Source: a bacterium (GTDB lineage Bacteria; Hydrothermota; UBA3073; JACQXS01; JAQTXJ01). Taken from it: a stretch of 64,000 bases of DNA. The position numbers and the translations under genes are program-made. This document shows, piece after piece, positions 30,669 to 40,238 of this stretch. Location: assembly GCA_028716385.1 (NCBI GenBank), contig JAQUPX010000001.1, positions 827,674-891,673 on the forward strand. Direction: 5' to 3'. How positions within the stretch are numbered: the stretch's first letter is position 1; every line of letters starts with the position of its first letter. The notes beneath the pieces are model-generated. The model was not told the origin of the DNA. It did no database searches and saw only the letters and a program-made list of their open reading frames with translations.

Positions 30669-31448
30669 TTATTCTTCCCCTGTTGACATTTCTGTTTTCT
30701 TAAATCCGCTTGGAACGTCAAACAATGAAGATGTAAGATTTTGTCTCTGGATTTCTTTTAATTCTGTCGTATAAGTTATTTCATTATCCGAATAATTAAT
30801 CGTTTTTATTGGAATCCCAATATAGTTTTGTTTGTTTTCTTCGGTTCCGACTTTATAAAAAGAAGAACCGAGTCCTTTAGAAAATTCTCCCATAAATTCA
30901 CCAATGGATTGCATAACTTTGAAATCATTAATGCTAAGTCCAAGTTTTTCCCAATCGGTCGTCCAGATTTCTTCTTCTTTCTTATTATCAAGATATCCTT
31001 CATACTTATTGCAAACCCATTGATTAACTTTTTCTCCTGAAGATATTTTCTTGTAAACTATTTTCGGCGTATTGCCGGACATTTGTCCTTTCATCATTTT
31101 TTCTATCATCTCTTTCTGCTCGGGGGGTAAGTTTTCCATCATTTTCACAGCTTCTTCTATTTTAGCTTTTATTTCCTGTAAATCTTTTTTAGTTATCTCC
31201 CTAAAAGATTTTTCTTTATAGTTAATAACCCAGAATGTTTCTTTATCTTTTCTAAAAATAAAACTCTGTTCTTCTCCCCCCGCTTTTGTATCTACTCGCA
31301 TACAATCTTTATCAAGATACATTTTAACATCCGTAACGTCAGCAGTGTTGTTAGAAGCTTTGCTAATCATTATTACTCCTGCACCTGAAGAAATTGTTAG
31401 AAACGCAATCATAAAAGCGATACTTCCTATCAATTTGGTTTGTCTCAT
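30669..31448 (-). CDS. hypothetical exported lipoprotein-like protein
   Basis: 259 aa. N-terminal signal/TM. Lys/Glu-rich. No motif recognised. Confidence 0.4.
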   Translation of the reverse strand: MRQTKLIGSIAFMIAFLTISSGAGVIMISKASNNTADVTDVKMYLDKDCMRVDTKAGGEEQSFIFRKDKETFWVINYKEKSFREITKKDLQEIKAKIEEAVKMMENLPPEQKEMIEKMMKGQMSGNTPKIVYKKISSGEKVNQWVCNKYEGYLDNKKEEEIWTTDWEKLGLSINDFKVMQSIGEFMGEFSKGLGSSFYKVGTEENKQNYIGIPIKTINYSDNEITYTTELKEIQRQNLTSSLFDVPSGFKKTEMSTGEE

Positions 31449-31538
31449 TTTTCTCCTTTTTAAATTTATATTGAAGCGTTTTATCTTTTCGCTTTTTATA
31501 AGTTGTTTCTGATTCTACTAATTTCTCCCTATTTATCC

Positions 31539-32462
31539 CTATTTGCTTTTCTTGATATCCCCAAAAGTAGCTAATATCGGAACATTATCCGAGCCAACGA
31601 AATTAGGTAAATGCCCGTCCCATTTTTCCAATGCTAATTTTTGAACTTCTACTTTTCTTAATTCAATCAATTTATCCGTTACCATTTCTTTTTGTAATCT
31701 CAAGGCTTCTGCTTCTGCTCTTGCAGTTGCTATTTTCTGTTCCGCTTCCATCTTTATTCTTTCCAAATCTCTTTCGGCTTTTAGCGCTAACTGTGAAGCC
31801 GTTACTTTCGCTTCAATTGCTCTTGTAAATTCTTCCGAAAACGCGAAATCGGTTATTGACAATGCTTCTACCATAATTCCGTGTATTTCTAATCTTGCTT
31901 TCAGATTTTCTATTATTTTGTCTCTTACACTTGACCTTTCAACAATCAGTTTTTCCGCTTCATAAAGAGCCGTAGACGCCTTAACTGCTTCCTGGATAGC
32001 GGGATTGATTATTCGTCTCTGGTAGTCATCGCCAAGATTCTGGTATATTCTTGCAACTACATTAGGAAGCAAAAAATAATTTAATGTTACTTTGGTTCGT
32101 ACTTCCTGCAAGTCTTTTGATGCTGATGCCGCATCTTCAGAATATGCCTGAACTCTTACGTCCATTAATTTTACGTTTTCGATTAATGGTTTAACCATAT
32201 AAATACCTTCGTTTAATATCTTGCCCGTTACTGCTCCCAATCGTACGACTACTCCGCGATGTCCAACCGGTATTGCGCCAATTGCCGGGATTACAAGCAA
32301 ACCGATGATAATAAGAAAAACACCGAAAGAAAAGGAATGTTTCTTTACTAAAAAGAAAGGCAAGTCTTTATCTTTTTTCTCCTTTTCCGTTGGAAATCTA
32401 AAAGCAGTAAAGAATGCGATTACTAAAAATATGATTAACAACAAAAATTTCACGAAACCCAT
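31539..32462 (-). CDS. SPFH/band-7 (prohibitin/HflC-like) membrane protein
   Basis: 307 aa. N-terminal TM, SPFH core (PVGHRGVVVRLGAVTG...), and a C-terminal coiled-coil rich in A/E/K/L. Confidence 0.8.
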   Translation of the reverse strand: MGFVKFLLLIIFLVIAFFTAFRFPTEKEKKDKDLPFFLVKKHSFSFGVFLIIIGLLVIPAIGAIPVGHRGVVVRLGAVTGKILNEGIYMVKPLIENVKLMDVRVQAYSEDAASASKDLQEVRTKVTLNYFLLPNVVARIYQNLGDDYQRRIINPAIQEAVKASTALYEAEKLIVERSSVRDKIIENLKARLEIHGIMVEALSITDFAFSEEFTRAIEAKVTASQLALKAERDLERIKMEAEQKIATARAEAEALRLQKEMVTDKLIELRKVEVQKLALEKWDGHLPNFVGSDNVPILATFGDIKKSK

Positions 32463-32661
32463 TTTCTCCTCCTATGTTTTAAACTCTATAACTTTTTTGA
32501 TATATTTCAGATATATTATGAAAAAAGATTCTGTCAATATTTCTCTTTATATATTTTTCTGCTTAACTTTCTTGCTAGAGAAATTATTTGACTTTTAATC
32601 ATTTTGAATTAGCATATATCTTATTAACAATTTAGCGTGGTAATAAACAAAGGGGGGAGAG

Positions 32662-33798
32662 ATGAAGGATAAAATGTTTAAATTTTTAATTGTCGGGTTT
32701 TCTTTGATGATTTTTTCGATTCCCGGGTATTCCCGAGATAAAGCATCATATCTTTGTATAGACCATAATTGTACGGACCTTTCTAAAATTCCTGTACAAT
32801 GGATAGACTCTGTGCAGGCAAAATTGAAATTACATTATGCGCATACATCTCATGGCGGGCAGTTAACATCGGGGATTAATCGAATTGAAGCGGCTAATGA
32901 TACTTATAACGTTGCAATAGGAAGCAGTTCTTTGCCGACAACTGCAGGTGCTTTTTGTATATTTGACGGACAGGAAGGGGATGATTATATATCACCGGAA
33001 GAATACTGGGAGGCAGCGGCTGGTATGAACAAAACACGTGCGGTTCTTAATCACAACTCTACTATTAACCTGTCAATGTGGTCGTGGTGCTGTCAGGCAG
33101 ATTATTATTCTGCAGCGCAGTTTCAGGCTTACCTTGATTCTATGAATAAATTAGAAACGGAATATCCGAATGTAACTTTTATTTATATGACAGGAAATGC
33201 CCAGGGGACGGATTACAGCGGTTATAACCGTCATATGAGAAACCAATTAATTCGTCAATATTGCAAGACAAATAACAAAGTGTTATTTGATTTTGCCGAT
33301 TTGGATGCTTGGTGGTATAATCCCGGAACTTCAACATGGGAATTTAACAGTTATACGTATAGTGACAGTACTATTCCTGTCGAGCACACGCATTTCAATG
33401 GAAACGAAGATGCTCATACGACTTACGAAAGTTGCGAACAAAAAGGTAAAGCTTTATGGTGGTTAATGGCAAGGCTTGCCGGATGGGAAGATGTAGCCGT
33501 TGAAGAAAATAAACTAATAACGTTACCGGTATCCATTCAGGGGTATCCAAATCCATTTAATCATTCTACCTCTATTAAATATACGCTAAATAAAAGCTCT
33601 AATGTAGAAATTAAAATTTACAATATAGTAGGACAACCGGTAAAAACGTTAGTTAATGGGACACAGGAAAAAGGAACTCATACGGTTACCTGGGATGGAA
33701 AAGATAATAGCGGTAAGAAAATAGATAATGGAATTTATTTTTGCCAGTTGAAAACTTTATCCCGAACATTATATAGAAAAATAGTCGTTCGAAACTAA
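32662..33798 (+). CDS. hypothetical secreted protein with T9SS C-terminal sorting domain
   Basis: 378 aa. Signal peptide. C-terminal ...[17 protein letters not shown]...[10 protein letters not shown].... Confidence 0.55.
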   Translation: MKDKMFKFLIVGFSLMIFSIPGYSRDKASYLCIDHNCTDLSKIPVQWIDSVQAKLKLHYAHTSHGGQLTSGINRIEAANDTYNVAIGSSSLPTTAGAFCIFDGQEGDDYISPEEYWEAAAGMNKTRAVLNHNSTINLSMWSWCCQADYYSAAQFQAYLDSMNKLETEYPNVTFIYMTGNAQGTDYSGYNRHMRNQLIRQYCKTNNKVLFDFADLDAWWYNPGTSTWEFNSYTYSDSTIPVEHTHFNGNEDAHTTYESCEQKGKALWWLMARLAGWEDVAVEENKLITLPVSIQGYPNPFNHSTSIKYTLNKSSNVEIKIYNIVGQPVKTLVNGTQEKGTHTVTWDGKDNSGKKIDNGIYFCQLKTLSRTLYRKIVVRN

Positions 33799-34101
33799 AA
33801 ATAACTCTGTTGCGTTTGTTTCAGTTGGATTATTCATTGTTTTTGAGTTACTTTATCAGCTTTAAAAAATTTGTATTTTTGTTCTATTCTGCGCTAATCT
33901 GCTATAATCTTGTGATGCTATTCTTTGATTTTCCAATCTTTCTGTTTTTGTATTAATTTTGTGCGAATCTTGTGAAATCATGCTTGTCCGCCAGTCTGTT
34001 GGGAGGATGGTTTCAATCTGTTATTTTTTAATATTCTGATTCGCTGTCGAAATCGACCGCTGTATTCGATTCTTTTGTAGTTTCCCTATTTTCCCTTGAA
34101 A
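33799..34101. repeat. pyrimidine-rich (plus strand) intergenic element downstream of ssrA. A member of the short-tandem-motif element family also seen at 51-58 kb.
   Basis: Contains AATCTTGTGAAATC and CTGTTTTTG / ATCTGCT-type short repeats similar to motifs in 55337-55681 and 57263-57661. Confidence 0.4.
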
Positions 34102-34482
34102 GTGGTGGAGGCGGCGGGATTGAGCCCGCGTCCAAAAGTACTTTAATACAGGCATCTACATGTTTATTCCGATTTTTGATCTTGTTTGTTAAACTCCACC
34201 GGACAGGATTTCAACAAACCAGACTACTATGTTTATCTTATCTCTTCCTTAGTAGTCAGACGAAAGAGACCAGCCCTTAAATCGGCGTCCTGTCTACCGA
34301 TTTTCGGGTAGACCCGCTTTTGGCAGTCTGATCCTTAAAGGCAAGAATCAGAGGACGGAACTGCTATTATGCAGCTCTTGCAAATGCGTAGTCGCCAATT
34401 ATGGCTTTTGCTGGTTGAAACAGGGTCTAGCTCCCCGGCATGCGACCTGTAATACTTTACCTCTGTCGAAACTTTCGCCCCC
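34102..34482 (-). ncRNA. ssrA: tmRNA (SsrA)
   Basis: Minus strand begins GGGGGCGAAAGUUUCGAC... and ends ...GGACGCGGGCUCAAUCCCGCCGCCUCCACCA. The acceptor stem GGGGGCG/CGCCUCC has the G3:U70 alanine identity pair. T-arm and CCA are encoded. The internal tag reading frame GGC GAC UAC GCA UUU GCA AGA GCU GCA UAA UAG follows ...AAAAGCCAUAAUU, collinear with E. coli ssrA. Confidence 0.85.
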
Positions 34483-34739
34483 ATCATTTAAGCTTATTAT
34501 TTATAATAATCCTGAAGTTGTCAAGTTTTTCAAGCAAAATCTTTGTTTTTATGAAAAAACTTATGCTTATTGTAACCTGTCAGCGCCAATTCGTAATTTT
34601 ATCTATGTTCTTTTGTTTTTTGTACTCAAGTGTTTTTATTTTAATGTGAAAAATATGTAATTTGGCACTTGACAACTTATAGATAATGTAACATATAATG
34701 TATTATATTAGATTACTATAAATTTTACAAGGAGGGAAA

Positions 34740-36938
34740 ATGAAAAACTTTATTTGTTTATTTATAGGGCTGTTTATGTATAGCTCTATAGCGTGTGGGG
34801 AAGACTTATTCTTAAAACAACTTCAGGAAGAACTTCATAAAAGAGGTGACCCGTGGATAGCCGGCGAAACAAGTGTTTCAAAACTTCCACCGGAACAACA
34901 AAAAAAACTCTTCAGCACTATTATACCTGAAACGCAAGTTAAACAAAAATCCCGTACGTTAAAACACCATAAAAGTCTTCCGACTACATGGGACTGGAGA
35001 TCCGTAAACGGACAAAATTGGATGACTACAGCCAAAGACCAGGGGGATTGCGGTGGGTGCTGGGCTTTTGCATGTGTAGGATCTTTTGAATCAAGAATAA
35101 ATATCGCTAATGGTACTCCAAATTACAACTATGATCTATCCGAACAGTTCATGATTTCTTGTGATACTGCAAATAGCGGATGTATGGGCGGAACTTTACC
35201 CAAAGGAGTAAATTTTCTTATGTATAATGGAGTTCCTGACGACCCATGTTTCACTTATAAAGAAATTGATGCAGCCTGTAGCGGCAGGTGTTCTAACTGG
35301 GCGTCAAGAGTCGTAAAGGCATATGACTGGGATCAATCTTCGACCGTTTCGGAGTTTAAAGATGCAGCCTACGAAGGACCTGTAGCTGCAGCGTATATGT
35401 TAAAAAAAGATTTCTTGTATTATAAAGGTGGAGTTTATACGCCGATTATGGGAGAAGTGCTCGGTGGACACGCAATGATTATATGTGGATGGGATGACTC
35501 CCAGAATGCATGGCTGCTTAAAAACTCATGGGGCACGGCTTGGGGAGTTCAAGGGTTTGACTGGATTAATAGCCCACAACCTCTTAGTATTGCATGGCCA
35601 ATCGTTGCACCTACTACTAAACCTTCTATTCTTCTCGTAAAAAAACAAATTAGCGATGGAAATGATAATATCTGGAATAAAGGAGAAACAACAAACTTTA
35701 TTACTACGTTAAATAATTTGGGGATAAATGCAACTAACGTGAATGCAACACTTTCTATCTCAGATCCATATGTTAATGTTACAACAGGTAGCGCTACTTT
35801 TGGTAGTATAGCTAAAAATGCAACCGGTAATAATTCAGGTAATCCATTCGTAGTCTCTGCAAATGGCTCTACACCAAATCCATATACGGCTACATTCAAT
35901 TTACATGTTACTGCGGATGGCAGTTATACTAAAGATATTCCTTTAGATTTAGTTGTAGGTTTGCCAACGAATTTTGATATCCCATCTAGTTTACATTGTT
36001 TGCATGGACTTGCTTTTGATAGCACATACTTATGGGCAATAGAGCTCAGTTCTACATATATATATAAATTCAGTCAGCAGGGATATTTATTAGATTCAAT
36101 ACCTACTCCGAATGCTGCGAATAATTGTACAGGTATAACATATGGGAGTGGTTACCTGTGGGTGCATAATGCGGGAACTAAGAAAATTTATAAAGTAAAT
36201 CCTGCAAATGGAAGCATAGTCAGCACCCTTAACTCGCCTTGTACTACTTATCCTACAGGTTTAGGTTTTGATGGAACTGATTTATGGGCAGTGGACGGAG
36301 AAGCATATAAAATTTATAAATTGACTACAGCGGGGGCACCCGTTTCAAATTTTAACATTCCTTCGGGAATTGCACAACCTTATGTGCCATATGATTTGGG
36401 GTTTGAACCACTTGGACCAAATGGAGGTAGTTTGCTTCTTTTTGTAGCTCACTGGCACCAAGTTGGCTCAAATTATTATTTCGATTCAACTGCCGTATGG
36501 GAATTAACAAGGGCAGGAGTTCTTGTTGCAACACATAGATTCCGTGCACCTGATACGGATGGCTGTTGCGTAGAAGTGAATCCGATAAGAAACGAATACT
36601 GGGTTAATAGTATGGTTCCCAACAAAATATACAGGGTAGACGGATTTTATGAACAAGGGACAGAAGAAAAGAATACTTTCCATTATATAAATTTTGATAT
36701 TTCTCCTAACCCTTCATCATCTCAAGTCCATTTCAACTTCAATCTTTATAAGGATGAAAGAGTAAATATCTCTGTTTATGACCTATCAGGTAGAACTGTT
36801 TATAAAATGGATCAGGTGTTCAAAGCAGGAAATCACAATACTACCTGGAATTGCAAAAAAATACCTTATGGAATATACTTCTCTGTTATGGAAGTCGGTG
36901 ACGTGAAGAAAACGAAAAAATTCGTTTTTATGAAGTAA
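34740..36938 (+). CDS. papain-like cysteine peptidase (C1 family) with T9SS C-terminal sorting domain
   Basis: 732 aa. Catalytic Cys context QGDCGGCWAF, His GGHAMIICGWDD, and the Asn/Trp segment LLKNSWGTAWGVQGF. C-terminal ...ISVYDLSGRTVYKM...GIYFSVMEV.... Confidence 0.8.
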   Translation: MKNFICLFIGLFMYSSIACGEDLFLKQLQEELHKRGDPWIAGETSVSKLPPEQQKKLFSTIIPETQVKQKSRTLKHHKSLPTTWDWRSVNGQNWMTTAKDQGDCGGCWAFACVGSFESRINIANGTPNYNYDLSEQFMISCDTANSGCMGGTLPKGVNFLMYNGVPDDPCFTYKEIDAACSGRCSNWASRVVKAYDWDQSSTVSEFKDAAYEGPVAAAYMLKKDFLYYKGGVYTPIMGEVLGGHAMIICGWDDSQNAWLLKNSWGTAWGVQGFDWINSPQPLSIAWPIVAPTTKPSILLVKKQISDGNDNIWNKGETTNFITTLNNLGINATNVNATLSISDPYVNVTTGSATFGSIAKNATGNNSGNPFVVSANGSTPNPYTATFNLHVTADGSYTKDIPLDLVVGLPTNFDIPSSLHCLHGLAFDSTYLWAIELSSTYIYKFSQQGYLLDSIPTPNAANNCTGITYGSGYLWVHNAGTKKIYKVNPANGSIVSTLNSPCTTYPTGLGFDGTDLWAVDGEAYKIYKLTTAGAPVSNFNIPSGIAQPYVPYDLGFEPLGPNGGSLLLFVAHWHQVGSNYYFDSTAVWELTRAGVLVATHRFRAPDTDGCCVEVNPIRNEYWVNSMVPNKIYRVDGFYEQGTEEKNTFHYINFDISPNPSSSQVHFNFNLYKDERVNISVYDLSGRTVYKMDQVFKAGNHNTTWNCKKIPYGIYFSVMEVGDVKKTKKFVFMK

Positions 36939-37121
36939 ATCCTGTTTAATTGAGCGCAAGTAGTAGCTGTTTTTATAATCTTCTTTGCGTGGAGTGTTTA
37001 ATGCTTAATAAACGCTTAACCGAGTGATACAAAGAGTTTTAATATGGCAAATTCCAACTTGAAAAATTGATTTAGTTTTCAAACATATTTGCGATAAGCG
37101 AAAACTCATCATAGAAAAAAC

Positions 37122-39179
37122 ATGAAAAGTTATATAAAAACAATTTTATGTTTACCAATCTTTTTGCTTCTAATTGGTTCATCCATCTTTGCTTTGCCAA
37201 CAACGATTAAAAGTTATGACGGACATTATCTCTGGGCGGCGAATGGTGGTGGCGGTGTGTTGCAGTTTACATCAGGTGGAGGAACTACTTTCGAAACTTT
37301 TACTATTGAACAACAGAGCAGTCGTGTAGCTATCAAATGTTATGACAATACGCATTACGTGTGGGCAAATAACGGTGGTGGCGGAACGGTACAGGCAACG
37401 TCACTTGGAGGCGCAACGTGGGAAACATTCACAATGATAGATTTAGGTGCCGGAAAATATGCATTTAAATGTTATGATGGAACACATTATTTAAGCGCAA
37501 CAAATGGTGGTGGTAGCACAATTACTGCATCCGCTACCAGTATAGGAAATTACGAGACGTTTGAATGGAGTGGTTATGCTCCGGCAAGGACAAGCGCATC
37601 GTTTGGAACTCGTATTACAAAAAAAGCATTTATATGGAGCACTTATACTCCTGGCGGACCGGTCACGGTGGGGCACACAGGGTCAGGAGCCGATTTTATT
37701 TGTGATGGGGCGAATGACGAGGTAGAAATAAATGCTGCACTTTCGACCAAGAGAACCGTGAAGCTTATTACTGATAGTCCATACAATATTACAAATTCTA
37801 TAGTCATTCCTGGAAACGACATAATTTATACGTTAACGGCTAACACGTCAGGCAATCCTCCCACATTGATTGCCAATAAGGATAATTCAGCAATAATAAG
37901 TTGCGGGGATTCGCGAGCGTTTGAGATTTCTTATTTAAAATTTGATGGGAATTCAAGACCCGTGTCCTGTATATATTTCACCAATTCAAAAAGTGGCTCG
38001 AGTATCCATAATTGTACGTTTTATGGTTATAATACAATTAGTGCTGATAAGATAGCGACACCTACCGGACCCGGTATATTAACCGGGTTTTTAGGAAATG
38101 GGATTAATGGATTGGGGGAATGCGTCATCAGTGTTTACAGCAATGAGTTTTTGACCGGAACAGGTGCTCCGATTTGGTTGGAGGGAAAGACTACTGGAAT
38201 TGGAAATACTGCACCTACGAGCAGTACCGTGTTTTATGCTAATGTGTATGATAATTATATTGGAGTGAATTCATATGGATATTTTGTAGGGGCTGGTATA
38301 AACTCTAAATATGCACATATTTATAGGAATATTTGTGAAAGTAATTCTTTCGGTAGTGGAATTTTCCCGTCAAGGTCATGGGTTGAATACAATGTAATAA
38401 GGGGAGACGGATATAGTGGAATCTGCCCGTCTTGTTGGCATATGTGGGATTGGCGAGATTTTACTAGTAATTGGGGCACATATTATTCACAGTGTGTCGA
38501 TGATGCGTATTGTCTCATTGATCATAATATCTGTGAGTATAAATCTCAGAATGGGATAGATTATTGGTATAGCGATGGTTCGGTTATTACTAATAATAGG
38601 TGTAATGATAATGGGCAGAATACTGATACAACTTGGAATGGCCAGTGGGATAGAGATGGAATAGATGTTAGTGACCATACGCATAACACGATTGTTAGCT
38701 ATAATGAATGTGGTAATAGAGCTTCGGAAAAGACGGATACTATTACCGAAGTTTCTGTTTCGGGGTACTATGTTAAGGTAGCACATATTAATAGATGGTA
38801 TGATATAAGATATGGGAGAAATGTTGGATTTAATGGAATGGGTGTAAGGATGGGATCAGTGTATGGCAGAATAAATTATTTAGATATTCCAAATAGCAAA
38901 ATATATTTGAGAGCACAACCGACCGGTGTTAGTGTCGGGAATGCTATAGTTGGTGTAAATTATCAAAGACAAGGCATACATATAGGTCTAAATAGTTGGG
39001 ATGCGAATGATGCTACTTATATTGGCAGGGTTGGCAATCATTATGGTAGACATAATAATGTTTTCAATAATACGGGTATTGGAATAGGCACGGCTTATCC
39101 AAGCGATTCCAATGTCAAAACTATTCCAAATACAGATATTACGGCGGATGGGACGGGACCTATACCGGCGTTAAAGTAA
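37122..39179 (+). CDS. secreted protein: N-terminal triple beta-trefoil-like repeat plus right-handed parallel beta-helix (pectin-lyase-fold) domain
   Basis: 685 aa. Three ~45-aa repeats (YDGHYLWAANGGGG...TFETF / YDNTHYVWANNGGGG...TWETF / YDGTHYLSATNGGGS...NYETF). Then PbH1-like repeats (NDEVEINAALS, SIHNCTFYGYN, NNRCNDNGQN). No Por tail seen. Confidence 0.55.
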   Translation: MKSYIKTILCLPIFLLLIGSSIFALPTTIKSYDGHYLWAANGGGGVLQFTSGGGTTFETFTIEQQSSRVAIKCYDNTHYVWANNGGGGTVQATSLGGATWETFTMIDLGAGKYAFKCYDGTHYLSATNGGGSTITASATSIGNYETFEWSGYAPARTSASFGTRITKKAFIWSTYTPGGPVTVGHTGSGADFICDGANDEVEINAALSTKRTVKLITDSPYNITNSIVIPGNDIIYTLTANTSGNPPTLIANKDNSAIISCGDSRAFEISYLKFDGNSRPVSCIYFTNSKSGSSIHNCTFYGYNTISADKIATPTGPGILTGFLGNGINGLGECVISVYSNEFLTGTGAPIWLEGKTTGIGNTAPTSSTVFYANVYDNYIGVNSYGYFVGAGINSKYAHIYRNICESNSFGSGIFPSRSWVEYNVIRGDGYSGICPSCWHMWDWRDFTSNWGTYYSQCVDDAYCLIDHNICEYKSQNGIDYWYSDGSVITNNRCNDNGQNTDTTWNGQWDRDGIDVSDHTHNTIVSYNECGNRASEKTDTITEVSVSGYYVKVAHINRWYDIRYGRNVGFNGMGVRMGSVYGRINYLDIPNSKIYLRAQPTGVSVGNAIVGVNYQRQGIHIGLNSWDANDATYIGRVGNHYGRHNNVFNNTGIGIGTAYPSDSNVKTIPNTDITADGTGPIPALK

Positions 39180-39193
39180 TATTTATAAATAAA

Positions 39194-40075
39194 ATGAAAA
39201 AAATTGCCGCCAGCTTGACGGGAGTGCTTTTAATAGCAATGAATACTTTCGCATTGCAAGCGGCTGAGACGGATATGCTATCTGCACAACTTTCCGGAAG
39301 TAAAGCATGGGTTACAGATACATTGTTCCCATCACTGGAGGGGGATTTCTTTGGAGGATGGAACTCAAATTTTCGTGTTGAATATGAGGCGACAAAGCTT
39401 ACTCCTGCCTATCCTTGTTCAGTACTTGCTATAGTCCATGGCGTATTCTCTCCAACTGCGGGAATTACGAAACAGTGTAGTATCTTTGTATGGTCTGATT
39501 CTGTGGGTTTCCCCAAAACAGTTCTTTTTAAGGCTCAGGTTACGGCTGTGGCGGACAGCGCAAATAGAGTTGTGTTAGATGTTTATCCCGTAACGCCCGT
39601 TCTTTATTTCTCAGGACCTTTCTGGGTGGGTAATTACGAAATGGATACCCTTTTCCCAACATCTGTAATTGATAGTGTTGCGGGGAACAGTAAGTATAAC
39701 AGTGGTTCAGGCTGGATAACTGATGAAGCAGATTATGTTCACGGAGCTTTTCTAAAGTATAATAATGTTAGCGAAGAAGAAAATAATATTTCCCAACAAT
39801 TAATCACCTTGAAAACCTCTCCAAGCCTTTTTTCTAAAAACATTTCTATTTTTTATTCAATAAGCGGAAACAATAAAGATGTTCAAATAGACATTTATGA
39901 TATAAAAGGCGCCTTGGTAAAACAGCTTGTAAATGGAAAACATAATGCCGGTAATTATACGGTTTGCTGGAACGGATGCGATAAGACGAATAATCCTCTT
40001 GGTTCCGGTGTATATTTTTGTCATCTAACTTCAGAAGATCAGAAAATTATCAATAAAATGATATTCCTGAAATAG
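39194..40075 (+). CDS. secreted protein sharing an N-terminal domain with the S8 protease, with T9SS C-terminal sorting domain
   Basis: 293 aa. FRVEYEATKLTPAYPCSVLAIVHG...CSIFVWSDSVGFPKTVLF...GPFWVGNYE aligns with residues ~60-170 of the 22821 protein. C-terminal ...IDIYDIKGALVKQL...GVYFCHLTS.... Confidence 0.55.
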   Translation: MKKIAASLTGVLLIAMNTFALQAAETDMLSAQLSGSKAWVTDTLFPSLEGDFFGGWNSNFRVEYEATKLTPAYPCSVLAIVHGVFSPTAGITKQCSIFVWSDSVGFPKTVLFKAQVTAVADSANRVVLDVYPVTPVLYFSGPFWVGNYEMDTLFPTSVIDSVAGNSKYNSGSGWITDEADYVHGAFLKYNNVSEEENNISQQLITLKTSPSLFSKNISIFYSISGNNKDVQIDIYDIKGALVKQLVNGKHNAGNYTVCWNGCDKTNNPLGSGVYFCHLTSEDQKIINKMIFLK

Positions 40076-40238
40076 TGTAATATACATAGAAATTCCCTTT
40101 TCAAAACATTCTGCAATTCAAGAAAATTTTGCGTCGCAACCCCTTTTTAATATTCCCCTTAATCTTTTCTGAAAAATATCTTGCAAAAATATAATTCAGG
40201 AAACATATTATTATAAAGTGAACCGTTAAATTAAATAT

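Noticed and set aside
33799-34101. Genomic island integrated at the 3' end of ssrA
   Set aside because: The region directly 3' of the tmRNA is only a 300-bp repeat element followed by an ordinary T9SS cargo gene and housekeeping genes (SPFH, APH, yggS). There is no integrase and no duplicated ssrA 3' end.
34415-34660. ORF-track ORFs 34415..34660 and 34440..34649 (81 and 69 aa)
   Set aside because: They lie across the 5' half of the tmRNA gene and its upstream region on the opposite strand. They are explained by the ssrA RNA gene and are not protein-coding.
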